Positions 44,356-54,290 of a stretch of 64,000 bases of DNA are shown here, one piece after another. The DNA comes from Nitrospinota bacterium (GTDB lineage Bacteria > Nitrospinota_A > UBA7883). Where the stretch lies: contig CBDCXE010000005.1 in the NCBI GenBank assembly GCA_965223725.1, positions 39,268 to 103,267 of the forward strand, written 5' to 3'. The notes below the pieces were generated by a model, which saw only the letters and a program-made list of their open reading frames with translations, was not told the DNA's origin and searched no databases. Made by a program: the position numbers and the translations under genes. Position 1 is the first letter of the stretch; each line of letters opens with the position of its first letter.

Positions 44356-46365
44356 ATGAAACAAATATTTATTTTGCTGTCAATACTGCTTATGCCGGCC
44401 CAGCTTTGGGCGGGGGAATACCTTGTCACATTTACCGACACCAGCGGCTCTAAAATCAAGCTGACATCACCGCCACAACGGGTGGTCTCTTTATCACCTC
44501 CAGTTACAGAGATATTAATGGCGATAGGCGCTGGCTCCGTCGTCAAAGGGATAACGTACCATTCAGAAAAATCAGCGCATAGCATTGGGAAAAAAATTAT
44601 CGGAGGGTTTATAAATCCTGACATGGATCGTGTGGCCCGGCTAGATCCTGAAATCATATTTTATGAAGATTTGCATAAGGATGCAATCCAACGATTCGTC
44701 GGCAGGGCCATCCTTGTTCAGCTTACGGCCAACTCTATTGCCGAAAGCTTTGATCAAATCACCCTCCTGGGTCGTATTTTTAACTCAGATGATGAAGCCG
44801 CCCGGATAATCAAAGAGCAGAAACTTCAACTGGCGAATATTGCCAGGAAGACCGCCAAGATTCCAGCAGACAAACGAAAGCGAATTTTGCGCCTGATGGA
44901 TAATGAAACTGCCATGGCTCCAGGCGATGACTCTTTTCAAAACGAGTTAATCCGGGTCGCCGGAGGCGTTGCCCCTGAATTCGGAAATTCGGGGCATTTT
45001 ACCTATGTGAGTTTGCAGGAATGGCAAAAGTTTAATCCACAGGTAATATACAGCTGCAGTGAACATCGCAAGGCCATAACCATACTAGACCAGCCCGGCT
45101 GGAAGGATGTGGACGCTGTGCGCAACCGTCAGGTATTCCTGTTTCCCTGCTATCAAATTAACCGTGTCGCCACCCATAGCGGCCACTTTGTATCGTGGCT
45201 GGCCGCCCGTGTTTATCGCGAACAGTTCAGTGATAAGGGCAATTACATTCTGCCCCAGCAAGTGGTGGCGCGAAAACCATTGAATGTCGATGTGGGATAT
45301 GTAAGGAAAGCTGAAATCATAGAGAGCGATATCAAGGATTTTCGAAATAAAACTGTGGCGCTCTATCTTAAAAAGCCAATGAAAGTTGTTTCTACTTTGG
45401 ACGGACAGGTGGATAACATATCGATAATCGCCAATAACTATTATCCCCAGCCATCATGGGGCCTTGGGTATAAAGAAGGATTAAAAGGTCTGCGAAAAAA
45501 TACTCAGGCAACGCTTGGGTTCGATCCAGACAGCACGGCTATGCTCATCACAGGCGCTAACATGGACAACCTGACAGTTATAAAAAAATCGTTTAAAAGG
45601 ATGGAAGTTACAGCGCTGGTTACTGCCGGGGTGGAAAGCAACGCAATACGAATGAGCGCCGATACCGGTAATTATTATGAACCGAAAATTGCCGACGGCA
45701 ATGAAAAGCCGGGTACAATTAACATTTTGTTGATGAGTAATATGCGCCTGACACCGCGGGCCATGACCCGGGCCATCATCAGCGCCACCGAAGGAAAAAC
45801 AGCGGCGCTTCAGGATTTGGATGTCCGATCTACATATACATATGCCAACAATCAGGCGACCGGCACCGGCACCGATAATATCATTGTTCTTGAAGGCGAA
45901 GGGGAGCTGATCAACACCAGTGGCGGCCATAGCAAGATGGGAGAGCTGATGGCGCGTGCGGTCTATGATGGGGTGCAAAAGGCGGTTAGCTTGCAAAACG
46001 GAATCTTTACCAAACGCTCTGTTTTCCAGCGGCTCAAGGATCGCCAAATCAGCCTCTATGCTTTCAGCAGGCGGTTTGTTGGAGACGCAGACGCATTTGT
46101 CCTGAGTAGTATAGTGGAAAGGCTTCTGCTGGAGCCAGAATACGAAAGCTTTATGACAGCAATTATGGCCATCAGCGATGATTATGAAAGGGGACTTGTT
46201 ACCGATACGCAAGCGCTGGATCTGTGGAGCCGCTCTATTGCCAGCAAGGTTGCCGGGGTATCAGTTGAACCCACTGACATAGAAGTTGACGGCATCCCCA
46301 AAGTTGTAGCCAAAGGTCTTGGCGCCCTGTTCAGCGGCGCGCAGGTGAAAATGGTAACGCCGTAG
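44356..46365 (+). CDS. secreted fusion protein: BtuF-like periplasmic binding domain + CbiZ (adenosylcobinamide amidohydrolase) domain
   Basis: Signal peptide MKQIFILLSILLMPAQLWA. The N-terminal half has the class III PBP pattern (PQRVVSLSPPVTEILMAIGAGSVVKGIT...). The C-terminal half has PGTINILL...ISATEGKTAALQDLDVRS...ATGTGTDNIIV, typical of CbiZ. Confidence 0.7.
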   Translation: MKQIFILLSILLMPAQLWAGEYLVTFTDTSGSKIKLTSPPQRVVSLSPPVTEILMAIGAGSVVKGITYHSEKSAHSIGKKIIGGFINPDMDRVARLDPEIIFYEDLHKDAIQRFVGRAILVQLTANSIAESFDQITLLGRIFNSDDEAARIIKEQKLQLANIARKTAKIPADKRKRILRLMDNETAMAPGDDSFQNELIRVAGGVAPEFGNSGHFTYVSLQEWQKFNPQVIYSCSEHRKAITILDQPGWKDVDAVRNRQVFLFPCYQINRVATHSGHFVSWLAARVYREQFSDKGNYILPQQVVARKPLNVDVGYVRKAEIIESDIKDFRNKTVALYLKKPMKVVSTLDGQVDNISIIANNYYPQPSWGLGYKEGLKGLRKNTQATLGFDPDSTAMLITGANMDNLTVIKKSFKRMEVTALVTAGVESNAIRMSADTGNYYEPKIADGNEKPGTINILLMSNMRLTPRAMTRAIISATEGKTAALQDLDVRSTYTYANNQATGTGTDNIIVLEGEGELINTSGGHSKMGELMARAVYDGVQKAVSLQNGIFTKRSVFQRLKDRQISLYAFSRRFVGDADAFVLSSIVERLLLEPEYESFMTAIMAISDDYERGLVTDTQALDLWSRSIASKVAGVSVEPTDIEVDGIPKVVAKGLGALFSGAQVKMVTP

Positions 46366-46409
46366 CGCCCCTCGAACTTAGCGCCGCAAGATGGTCTGAC
46401 GAAAAATAA

Positions 46410-46486
46410 TGGGGTGAGCGACGGGATTTGAACCCGCGACCACTGGAGCCACAATCCAGTGCTCTACCAACTGAGCTACGCCCACC
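46410..46486 (-). tRNA. tRNA-His (GTG anticodon), with encoded G-1 and CCA
   Basis: Reverse complement GGTGGGCGTAGCTCAGTTGGTAGAGCACTGGATTGTGGCTCCAGTGGTCGCGGGTTCAAATCCCGTCGCTCACCCCA folds as a cloverleaf. The anticodon loop is TTGTGGC. The extra 5' G and discriminator C are His identity features. Confidence 0.9.
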
Positions 46487-46571
46487 TACGGAATAGTAAT
46501 TAAAGCCCAACGTATCGGTTTAATCAACCGGAAAATGGAATTATTTAAACCACAAGCCACATCAGAACAAA

Positions 46572-49052
46572 TCAAATAACTATGTTGACCAGCTTCCCCG
46601 GCACAACGATCACTTTCCTGACATCCTTTCCATCTATTATAGCCGCCACTTTTTTATCAGCCAGCGCTTGGCCTTCCATCTGCTCCTTCGTGATATCGGC
46701 CGGGACATTGATCCGGCCCCGCAATTTGCCATTCACCTGAACGATAATCAGGATCTCATCCTTGACCAGGCAAGCTTCATCCGCAACGGGCCAATGTTGA
46801 TCAATGGACTCACCCTCGCCGCCGATCATCTCCCAAATCTGTGCGGAGAAATGAGGCGTCATCGGCTGAAGAAGCAGCGCTACCGTCTCCACAGCTTCAT
46901 GGATCACCGATTTTGATGCAGGATCATCACCAAATTTGAACGCTGTTAGGGTGTTGACGTATTCCATGATCGCCGCAATCGATGTATTGAACTGAAACCG
47001 ATCGAAATCTGTATTTACTTTTGCCCGGGCCTCGTGTGTGGCGCGTCGCATATCAGCCAGATCTTTGGACAAACCTTCCAGCCCGGGGCCTGGCTCCCCC
47101 GCATTGCGTATCAACTCGATATTTTCATCCACAAATTTGTATACACGATTAAGGAACCGGAAAGAGCCTTCGATTCCGGCGTCGCTCCATTCCAGGTCAC
47201 GCTCCGGTGGCGATGCGAACAGGATGAACAGCCGGGTCGCGTCTGCGCCATACTTCTTCGCCATTTCGTCCAGCGGCACAACATTGCCTTTAGACTTGCT
47301 CATCTTGGCGCCTTCCTTTATCACCATCCCCTGGGTCAGCAGCCGCTTGAAAGGCTCCGCCACCTGGACCACGCCGATGGATTGCAAAAACCGTGTGAAG
47401 AACCGGGCGTATAGCAAATGCAAAATAGCATGCTCTATCCCGCCAACATACTGGTCCACCGGCATCCAATAGTCGATATCGTCTTTATCTGCTAGCGCTG
47501 TTTCACATCGGGCGGAGCTGTATCTGTTGAAATACCATGACGAGCAGATAAACGTATCCATGGTATCGGTTTCCCGTTTGGCAGAGCCGCCACAGGTTGG
47601 GCAATCAACATTGGTGAATGAGTCAAGGTCGGCGATGGGCGAAATACCGCTTTCCGGAAATTCGACATCAGTCGGCAGAACAACCGGCAGCTGATCATCC
47701 GGCACGCGGACCGGGCCGCAACTGTCACAATGAATGATCGGGATCGGCGCGCCCCAGTATCGCTGTCGCGAGATGCCCCAGTCACGAAGACGATAGTTGA
47801 CAGAGCCTTCGCCGATGTTTTCATTTTCCAGATGTTCTATAACTTTGCCAATACCATCCTTACGGTTATGGAGACCATCGAATGGGCCAGAGTTGACCAT
47901 CACGCCATCGCCTGCATAAGCTTCATCCAATTTATCGTCAGTCATGCTTTCACCATCGGGCGAGATCACTATCCGTATGGGGATGTCATACTTCTTCGCA
48001 AACTCAAAATCGCGCTGGTCATGGGCCGGGACAGACATGATGGCGCCGGAGCCATATTCGATCAGTACAAAGTTGGCGATCCATATCGGTATCCGTTCAT
48101 TGTTCATAGGGTTCACAGCGTAACGTCCGGTGAACACGCCCTTCTTCTCCACTGCGCCCGCTGCCCGATCGACGGCGTCCAGCGCGACAGTCTCCTGCAC
48201 GAAATCTTGCACAGCGGCTTCATGTTCTGTACCCTTCGCCAAGTCGCCAGACAGCGGATGCTCCGGAGCCAAAGCTATGAACGTTGCGCCATAGAGGGTG
48301 TCCGGGCGCGTGGTGAAGACATCGATAGCATCGCCATCCTCGACCTGGAACCGGACCTTGGCGCCACGGGATTTGCCGATCCAGTTTTTCTGCATCGTCA
48401 GCACACGCTCCGGCCACGAGCCTTCAAGCCCTTTCAGTCCATCGAGCAATTGGTCGGCGTAGTCTGTGATTTTCAAAAACCAGCCATCCCGCTCCTGTTG
48501 GGCCACGTTGTTATCGCACCGCCAGCATTGCCCGTCGATCACCTGCTCGTTAGCCAGCACGGTATGGCAATGGCCGCACCAGTTGACGAACGATTTTTTG
48601 CGATAAGCCAACCCTTCGTCATACATGCGGGCGAAGATCCATTGCGTCCACTTGTAATAGCCGGGGTGGCTTGTGGCGATCTCCCGGTCCCAGTCGTAGG
48701 AGATGCCCATCAGCTTGAACTGACGGTGCATCTCGTCGATATTGTTTTTCGTCCACTTGTATGGATGACTTTTATTCTGGATCGCCGCGTTCTCCGCCGG
48801 CATGCCGAACGAGTCCCACCCGATGGGGTGGAGCGTGTTGAACCCTTGCATCCGTTTCTGCCTGGCGATGGCGTCGCCTATGGCATAGTTGCGCAGGTGG
48901 CCCACATGCAGCTTGCCTGATGGGTAGGGGAACATCTCCAGCAGATAAAATTTCGGACGGGCGCTGTCCCTATCGACTCGATAAACGCCGCGTTCTTCCC
49001 AATGTTTCTGCCATTTGGCCTCCACCGTTTTAAAGTCGTAATTACTCGCCAT
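46572..49052 (-). CDS. leuS: leucine--tRNA ligase
   Basis: 826 aa with HVGHLRNY (HIGH) and KMSKSKGN (KMSKS) motifs and a CP1 editing region. Confidence 0.95.
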   Translation of the reverse strand: MASNYDFKTVEAKWQKHWEERGVYRVDRDSARPKFYLLEMFPYPSGKLHVGHLRNYAIGDAIARQKRMQGFNTLHPIGWDSFGMPAENAAIQNKSHPYKWTKNNIDEMHRQFKLMGISYDWDREIATSHPGYYKWTQWIFARMYDEGLAYRKKSFVNWCGHCHTVLANEQVIDGQCWRCDNNVAQQERDGWFLKITDYADQLLDGLKGLEGSWPERVLTMQKNWIGKSRGAKVRFQVEDGDAIDVFTTRPDTLYGATFIALAPEHPLSGDLAKGTEHEAAVQDFVQETVALDAVDRAAGAVEKKGVFTGRYAVNPMNNERIPIWIANFVLIEYGSGAIMSVPAHDQRDFEFAKKYDIPIRIVISPDGESMTDDKLDEAYAGDGVMVNSGPFDGLHNRKDGIGKVIEHLENENIGEGSVNYRLRDWGISRQRYWGAPIPIIHCDSCGPVRVPDDQLPVVLPTDVEFPESGISPIADLDSFTNVDCPTCGGSAKRETDTMDTFICSSWYFNRYSSARCETALADKDDIDYWMPVDQYVGGIEHAILHLLYARFFTRFLQSIGVVQVAEPFKRLLTQGMVIKEGAKMSKSKGNVVPLDEMAKKYGADATRLFILFASPPERDLEWSDAGIEGSFRFLNRVYKFVDENIELIRNAGEPGPGLEGLSKDLADMRRATHEARAKVNTDFDRFQFNTSIAAIMEYVNTLTAFKFGDDPASKSVIHEAVETVALLLQPMTPHFSAQIWEMIGGEGESIDQHWPVADEACLVKDEILIIVQVNGKLRGRINVPADITKEQMEGQALADKKVAAIIDGKDVRKVIVVPGKLVNIVI

Positions 49053-49281
49053 TTTCCTTGATCAAAGTTATCTGTTGTCAACAATACAAATCGTAACGGT
49101 AAAGATAACATACCAGGCGGCGCTGTGGGCAGTCCAATAGCAATGACACGTGCTATAGAGAAGTACTTCTGCTTATATAAACATTTATGTCCAGGTCATT
49201 TTTCTGCTCCTTTCTACGTTTCTGCGCTTTATTGCGCATTACTTACGAATATAAATGAGTATTCTTGTTAGTAAATAGCAG

Positions 49282-49344
49282 GTGAGGGATTTGGAGCATT
49301 TGGAGCATATGAGGCATATGAGGGATTTGAAGCATATGAGGAAT
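49282..49344. repeat. degenerate 9-bp tandem repeat, 7 units
   Basis: gtgagggat ttggagcat ttggagcat atgaggcat atgagggat ttgaagcat atgaggaat, in the AT-rich intergenic region between leuS and the SBBP protein gene. Confidence 0.7.
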
Positions 49345-49540
49345 CCATTTTCTTCTGTTTTGGCATTATTGCTGCATAAAAAGATGCGGGTGATTATGCC
49401 CAAGCCATTGATTATATAAAGATTAAATAAGTAGCCGTAAGTGTTTTTAGTATATGGCTCAACTTATTTCATTTTATGGACGATAAAACTAATAACAGTA
49501 AAGTGAAGGGAGGAGTACTAATTATTGGGCTTGTTGCCCT

Positions 49541-50014
49541 ATGTTTTCGAGGAAAAGACTGATGGATAAGCACTTTCAATCCAGATTTCATAATAATATT
49601 AAATTATTTGCAATATTGACGGCCTGCCTGTTGGTTGCCTCCACTTATGCAGCGGCCAATGCATATGCCACTCCTGCAAGTACGGCCAATGATGATATCC
49701 CGACCAGGAATATTGTGGCAAATACAATGATAAAAACGCCAATGCTGTTTGAAGAGAACAGAGGGCAGTCTCGCAATGAAATAGATTTCATATCCAGAGG
49801 GTTTGGCTACAGTATCGGGTTGTCCGCGGGTGGAATTGCGTCTATCCGGCTAAACAGCTCTGGTGAGGGAGGTAAAGTAGAGTATCTGCTCATCAAACCT
49901 GTGGACGCCGCTTTGTCTGTCGCTGACGGTTCAGATAAACATCAGGCGACATTTAATTATTATAAAGGCTCTGATAAAAGCAAATGGGTGACCGGGGCGG
50001 AATCTTTTCGCTAG
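49541..50014 (+). CDS. N-terminal part (signal peptide + conserved leader domain) of the SBBP/FG-GAP repeat protein, ended by an in-frame TAG
   Basis: Signal peptide, then FEENRGQ...FISRGFGYS, typical of the N-terminal domain preceding SBBP repeats. The TAG at 50012-50014 is in frame with the next ORF. Confidence 0.6.
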   Translation: MFSRKRLMDKHFQSRFHNNIKLFAILTACLLVASTYAAANAYATPASTANDDIPTRNIVANTMIKTPMLFEENRGQSRNEIDFISRGFGYSIGLSAGGIASIRLNSSGEGGKVEYLLIKPVDAALSVADGSDKHQATFNYYKGSDKSKWVTGAESFR

Positions 50015-50071
50015 GTTCGATACAGCGAAATATACCCAGGTATCGATCTTGTCTACTACGGTAATCAGCAG

Positions 50072-52579
50072 ATGCTGGAATATGATTTCGTAGTATCACC
50101 AGGTGTGGACCCTGATCAAATTACCTTAGCTTTTGAAGGGTCAAAAAGAGTAAAAGTAGATGAAGGCGGAGCGCTGTTGCTTGAGTTCGATGAAGGTAAA
50201 GTAGTTTTCCGCGCGCCTGTATCGTATCAGACGATAGAAGGCCATCGTATGGAGGTGGAGAGCGAATATGTAATAGACAAAGATAACCGGGTTTCCTTCA
50301 AGCTAGGTGATTATGATAAAAAAGCACCGCTGGTTATTGATCCAGTGCTGGTTTTTTCCACCCTTATCGGTGGCTCGGATGACGATGCTGGCAATAGTAT
50401 ATCTGTGGACAACGCCGGTAATGTCTGGATCACTGGAGCGACTATTGACTCGACCACAGACTATCCAGTGACCGATGGCTCGACACACAAAGGCAGCAAA
50501 GATGTATTCGTTACGAAATTCAACGCGATCGGAGCCAGGCTGTTTTCCACACTCCTTGGTGGGACAGGTAATGACGAAGGCAAGGGTATAGCCGTGGACA
50601 GCGCCGGGAACGTCTGGTTTACAGGGTTGACAGTTGACGCGGCCACGGACTATCCGGTGAACAATGGATCCACGCATAATGGCGCCGTTGATGTGTTTGT
50701 CACGAAGTTGAACTCCGCCGGAACTTTATTATTCTCCGGCCTTATCGGTGGGAGCAGTGACGATGTTGGTAATGGCATAGCGCTGGATGTCGCGAACAAC
50801 GTCTGGATCACCGGAGAGACTTTTGATGCGGCCACAGACTACCCGGTGACTGACGCCTCCTCACATAAAGGCGGTGTTGACGCATTCGTCACGAAATTCA
50901 GCCCGGCGGGGGCCGTGATATTATCTTCACTCATAGGTGGCACGGGCAACGATTATGGTAGCAGCGTAAAGGCTGACATTGCAGGTAACGCCTGGATCAC
51001 AGGAAACACTGCTGACGCGGCCACAGACTATCCAGTGACCAATGGCTCCACACATAAAGGCGGTGTTGACGCCTTTGTCACGAAGTTTAATGCAACGGGT
51101 ATTGTGCAATTTTCCACCCTGATCGGCGGTGGCAGCACAGATTTTGGTAATGGCATAGCGGCAGACAGAGCTGGGAACGTCTGGATCACAGGAAACACCA
51201 TTGACGCCGCTCCGGATTATCCAGTGACCAATGGTTCCACACATAAAGGTTTTTCAGATGTATTCGTCACAAAGTTCAGTTCGGCCGGCGCGATTTTATT
51301 TTCCACCCTTATTGGAGGGGGGAGCGATGATTTCGGCTATGGCATAGCGGTAGACTTTGTCGGGAATGCCTGGATAACCGGGTCTCATAAAGAAGATATT
51401 ATTGCGCCGATCGTGAAATATCCGGTGACCGATGGTTCCATGCATAATGGCGCCGAAGATGTTTTTGTGACAAAGCTGAATCCTGTCGGGGCCTTGCTGT
51501 TTTCCACACTTATAGGTGGGGAGCTTGGTGATTTTGGCAATAGCATAGCTGTAACCTGGGTTAAAGATGTCTGGATCACAGGAAAGACTGATGATACAAC
51601 CGCAACCTACCCAGTGACCGATTGGTCCACGCATAATGGTAAACAGGATGTATTTGTAACCAAGCTTGCTTTGCCAAAGTCTTCTGATTTCAACAAGGAC
51701 GGCAAATCAGACATATTAAGGAAATATACCCCTGATGGCCGCACCCTGGTCTGGACAATGTTTGGTAACATCGTAGCCCTGGCCCAATGGACATCGCAAC
51801 TATATGATAAAAATTGGGAAGTTGTAGGTATCGGGGATTTTGATGGTGATGGCAAGGCTGACATCTTGCGAAGGTACAAACCGTATGGCCTGACCGCAGT
51901 CTGGTTTATGTCTGGCAGAGTCGTGCTTGCCGCCCATTTGACAACGAAGTTTTTCAACAACAATTGGGAAGTTGCTGGTGTCGGAGATCTAAACGGTGAT
52001 GGCAAAGCCGATATATTATGGCGCTACAAACCGGATGGAAGGACAATTGTTTGGACTATGGATGACGCCACAGTCACCTCCATTAAATGGACATCATTGT
52101 TTTTCAATGTCAACTGGAAAGTGGCGGGCATAGGAGATTTCAATGATGATGAGAAAGTAGATGTGCTTTGGCGCTATAAACCGGATGGCCGTACCTTGTT
52201 ATGGACAATGAGTGGCAACATTGCAACATCCATCAGATGGACCACGCAGTTTTTCAATGTTAACTGGGCAATTGTTGGCCTAGGAGATTTCAACAATGAT
52301 GGCAAGGCAGACGTGTTTTGGCGGTACAAACCGGATGGACGCACTTTGATCAGATTCATGTCTGGCAATGTAGTTCTTGCCACTCAATGGACATCGAAAT
52401 TTTTCAACAATAATTGGGCAGTTGCCCGCCTTGGCGATTACAACGGCGATGGACGATCGGATGTATTGTGGCGATACAAACCAGATGGCCGCACTTTGAT
52501 CCGGTTAATGTCTGGCCGTTTTGTAATAGCAACCAGATGGACGTCGAAGCAGTATAACAACAACTGGTCGGTGGAGTAG
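50072..52579 (+). CDS. SBBP beta-propeller repeat + FG-GAP/VCBS-like repeat protein (continuation of 49541 ORF)
   Basis: Read in frame from 50015, the sequence is VRYSEIYPGIDLVYYGNQQMLEYDFVVSPG. About eight ~47-aa units follow (GN.I.VD.AGNVWITG.T.D...DYPVT.GS.HKG..DVFVTKF...G...FSTLIGG). Then come about seven units of GDF.GDGKAD.LWRYKPDGRT..W.M. Confidence 0.75.
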   Translation: MLEYDFVVSPGVDPDQITLAFEGSKRVKVDEGGALLLEFDEGKVVFRAPVSYQTIEGHRMEVESEYVIDKDNRVSFKLGDYDKKAPLVIDPVLVFSTLIGGSDDDAGNSISVDNAGNVWITGATIDSTTDYPVTDGSTHKGSKDVFVTKFNAIGARLFSTLLGGTGNDEGKGIAVDSAGNVWFTGLTVDAATDYPVNNGSTHNGAVDVFVTKLNSAGTLLFSGLIGGSSDDVGNGIALDVANNVWITGETFDAATDYPVTDASSHKGGVDAFVTKFSPAGAVILSSLIGGTGNDYGSSVKADIAGNAWITGNTADAATDYPVTNGSTHKGGVDAFVTKFNATGIVQFSTLIGGGSTDFGNGIAADRAGNVWITGNTIDAAPDYPVTNGSTHKGFSDVFVTKFSSAGAILFSTLIGGGSDDFGYGIAVDFVGNAWITGSHKEDIIAPIVKYPVTDGSMHNGAEDVFVTKLNPVGALLFSTLIGGELGDFGNSIAVTWVKDVWITGKTDDTTATYPVTDWSTHNGKQDVFVTKLALPKSSDFNKDGKSDILRKYTPDGRTLVWTMFGNIVALAQWTSQLYDKNWEVVGIGDFDGDGKADILRRYKPYGLTAVWFMSGRVVLAAHLTTKFFNNNWEVAGVGDLNGDGKADILWRYKPDGRTIVWTMDDATVTSIKWTSLFFNVNWKVAGIGDFNDDEKVDVLWRYKPDGRTLLWTMSGNIATSIRWTTQFFNVNWAIVGLGDFNNDGKADVFWRYKPDGRTLIRFMSGNVVLATQWTSKFFNNNWAVARLGDYNGDGRSDVLWRYKPDGRTLIRLMSGRFVIATRWTSKQYNNNWSVE

Positions 52580-52723
52580 CCTGATTACATTGGCTCTGTT
52601 GTTTCATTTATACTGATTTGCTTTCACGCAGGAGTATAAAAAGACAACAGAGCCAGACTGCCCGATTCACTCTTAATTATGCGATAATGTCCTCCATTAG
52701 CAAATGTATGGAGTAACCGGTTG

Positions 52724-53452
52724 ATGAAAAGTGTGTTGATCTGTTCGATGGCGATCCTTCTTCTGGGCGGCTGCGCATCTTTGGGTGATATGTCGGGCAA
52801 AAACAGATCTTTTAAAGATATGGTGTTGATTAAATCTGGTTGTTTCGAAATGGGTGACCAATTTGGCGATGGAGACAGCGCATCCGAAAAACCAGTGCAC
52901 AAAGTCTGCCTGGACACTTACTGGATCGATGAACATGAAGTGACCCAGGCTGAATATGAGAAGGTTATGGGCAACAACCCTTCAGAGTTTCAGGACTGTT
53001 CTGATTGTCCGGTGGAGTGGGTGACATGGTTCGAAGCGATGGAATATTGCAACAATGTGGATAAACGCCTGCCCACCGAGGCGGAGTGGGAATATGCGGC
53101 GCGCGATGGCGGCCAAAAAGTAATATATGGCATCGGGAAAGATGAGATTAGCAAAGAAGATGCTAACTATGGCGAGTCGGCCGGGCCGAAACCGGTGGGC
53201 AGCTATCCCCCCAATAAAACAGGGTTGTACGATATGGCAGGCAACGTGTCTGAATGGACGGCGGACTGGTATGGCCGCGATTATTATGGCGCCAGCCCGG
53301 TGTTGAACCCAAAGGGGCCGGATGATGGAACTGTAAGGGTGATCCGTGGTGGATCATGGATAGATTATCCTTACAATGTTCGAGCTTCGTTCCGGTTTTC
53401 CGGCAATCCGGATGACAAATTTCAGGTCAGCGGATTTCGTTGCGCCCATTAG
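52724..53452 (+). CDS. FGE-sulfatase (SUMF1/EgtB/PvdO-like) domain lipoprotein
   Basis: Lipobox LLLGGC. It has HKVCLDTYWIDEHEVTQAEYEKVMG, RLPTEAEWEYAAR, GLYDMAGNVSEW and RVIRGGSW motifs. Confidence 0.8.
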   Translation: MKSVLICSMAILLLGGCASLGDMSGKNRSFKDMVLIKSGCFEMGDQFGDGDSASEKPVHKVCLDTYWIDEHEVTQAEYEKVMGNNPSEFQDCSDCPVEWVTWFEAMEYCNNVDKRLPTEAEWEYAARDGGQKVIYGIGKDEISKEDANYGESAGPKPVGSYPPNKTGLYDMAGNVSEWTADWYGRDYYGASPVLNPKGPDDGTVRVIRGGSWIDYPYNVRASFRFSGNPDDKFQVSGFRCAH

Positions 53453-53516
53453 CTGTGCAGCCAGGACGCCGCTGTCAGCTTGTCAGCGGTTTATAATCTT
53501 CTCCGCTATCATTCCT

Positions 53517-54290
53517 TTATATCCAGGCGCCCAGGGTGGTGTACAATTTTTTTGGATCGATCGGCTTGGCAAGATGATCGTCCATACCCGCCTTTAGACA
53601 CCTGTCAACATCGGTCAACAACGCGTTGGCTGTCATGGCGATGATCGGCAGGTTTTTGAACCGTGGATCGCGTCGGATCATGCCAGTCGCCTCATAACCA
53701 TCCAGCACAGGCATTTGAATATCCATCAGCACTGCGTCGTAATTACCACTGCGGACCATCTCCACCGCTTCCTGGCCATTGGCCGCGATATCTACATTTA
53801 CCGATGCCTGCTTTAGCAGTTCCTGCGCCACCAGCTGGTTGATATCATTATCTTCCACAAGCAGAACATGTGCGCCGGTGATCGCCTTTTCTTCTTTATT
53901 GTTTATTTGCTGGTCGGTTGTATAGAGCTTTTGCGTCGAGTTCTTTTCGGCTAACTCCATGATAGCGCTAAGCAGCATTGATCGGCTGACCGGCTTCAAA
54001 AGGAATGCGTCAATACCAGCTTTCCTTGATCTGTCGATAATATCATCGTGGCCATGCGCGGTCACCATGACGATCAGCGGTTTTTTAGAAAGCTTATCAA
54101 TGTCTTTGATCAGGCCGGATGTTTCAATTCCATCCATGCCTTGCATCTCCCAATCCATAAGCACTATATCGATTGGCTCGTTTTTATCTGATGTTTTCTG
54201 CAAGGTATCGATTGCCTGGGCTCCGGAAGAGGCCAGCTCAACCTCTAGCCCCATTTCCTCGAGCATCATTATGCATAACTTCGCGGGCCG
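53517..54290 (-). CDS. two receiver (REC) domains belonging to the upstream hybrid histidine kinase, in a different frame
   Basis: [15 protein letters not shown]...VMVTAHG...LLKP, and [11 protein letters not shown]...[12 protein letters not shown]...IIAMTANA...HLAKP. The track ORF (to 54440) overlaps the kinase ORF by ~200 nt. Confidence 0.7.
   Translation of the reverse strand, partial: RPAKLCIMMLEEMGLEVELASSGAQAIDTLQKTSDKNEPIDIVLMDWEMQGMDGIETSGLIKDIDKLSKKPLIVMVTAHGHDDIIDRSRKAGIDAFLLKPVSRSMLLSAIMELAEKNSTQKLYTTDQQINNKEEKAITGAHVLLVEDNDINQLVAQELLKQASVNVDIAANGQEAVEMVRSGNYDAVLMDIQMPVLDGYEATGMIRRDPRFKNLPIIAMTANALLTDVDRCLKAGMDDHLAKPIDPKKLYTTLGAWI

Noticed and set aside
36750-46486. A possible tRNA-His-associated genomic island, because the 36.9-46.4 kb segment looks more AT-rich by eye than the cbi operon
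   Set aside because: I could find no integrase, no direct repeat of the tRNA 3' end and no other mobility genes in the segment. GC content was judged by eye, not computed.
50012-50014. The in-frame TAG as a pyrrolysine or otherwise recoded codon, prompted by the nearby MtaA-like methyltransferase
   Set aside because: TAG serves as an ordinary stop in this window (for example the M16 peptidase at 894-896). No pylBCD/pylS or MttB/MtbB/MtmB-type genes are visible. A surface repeat protein is not a known Pyl context.
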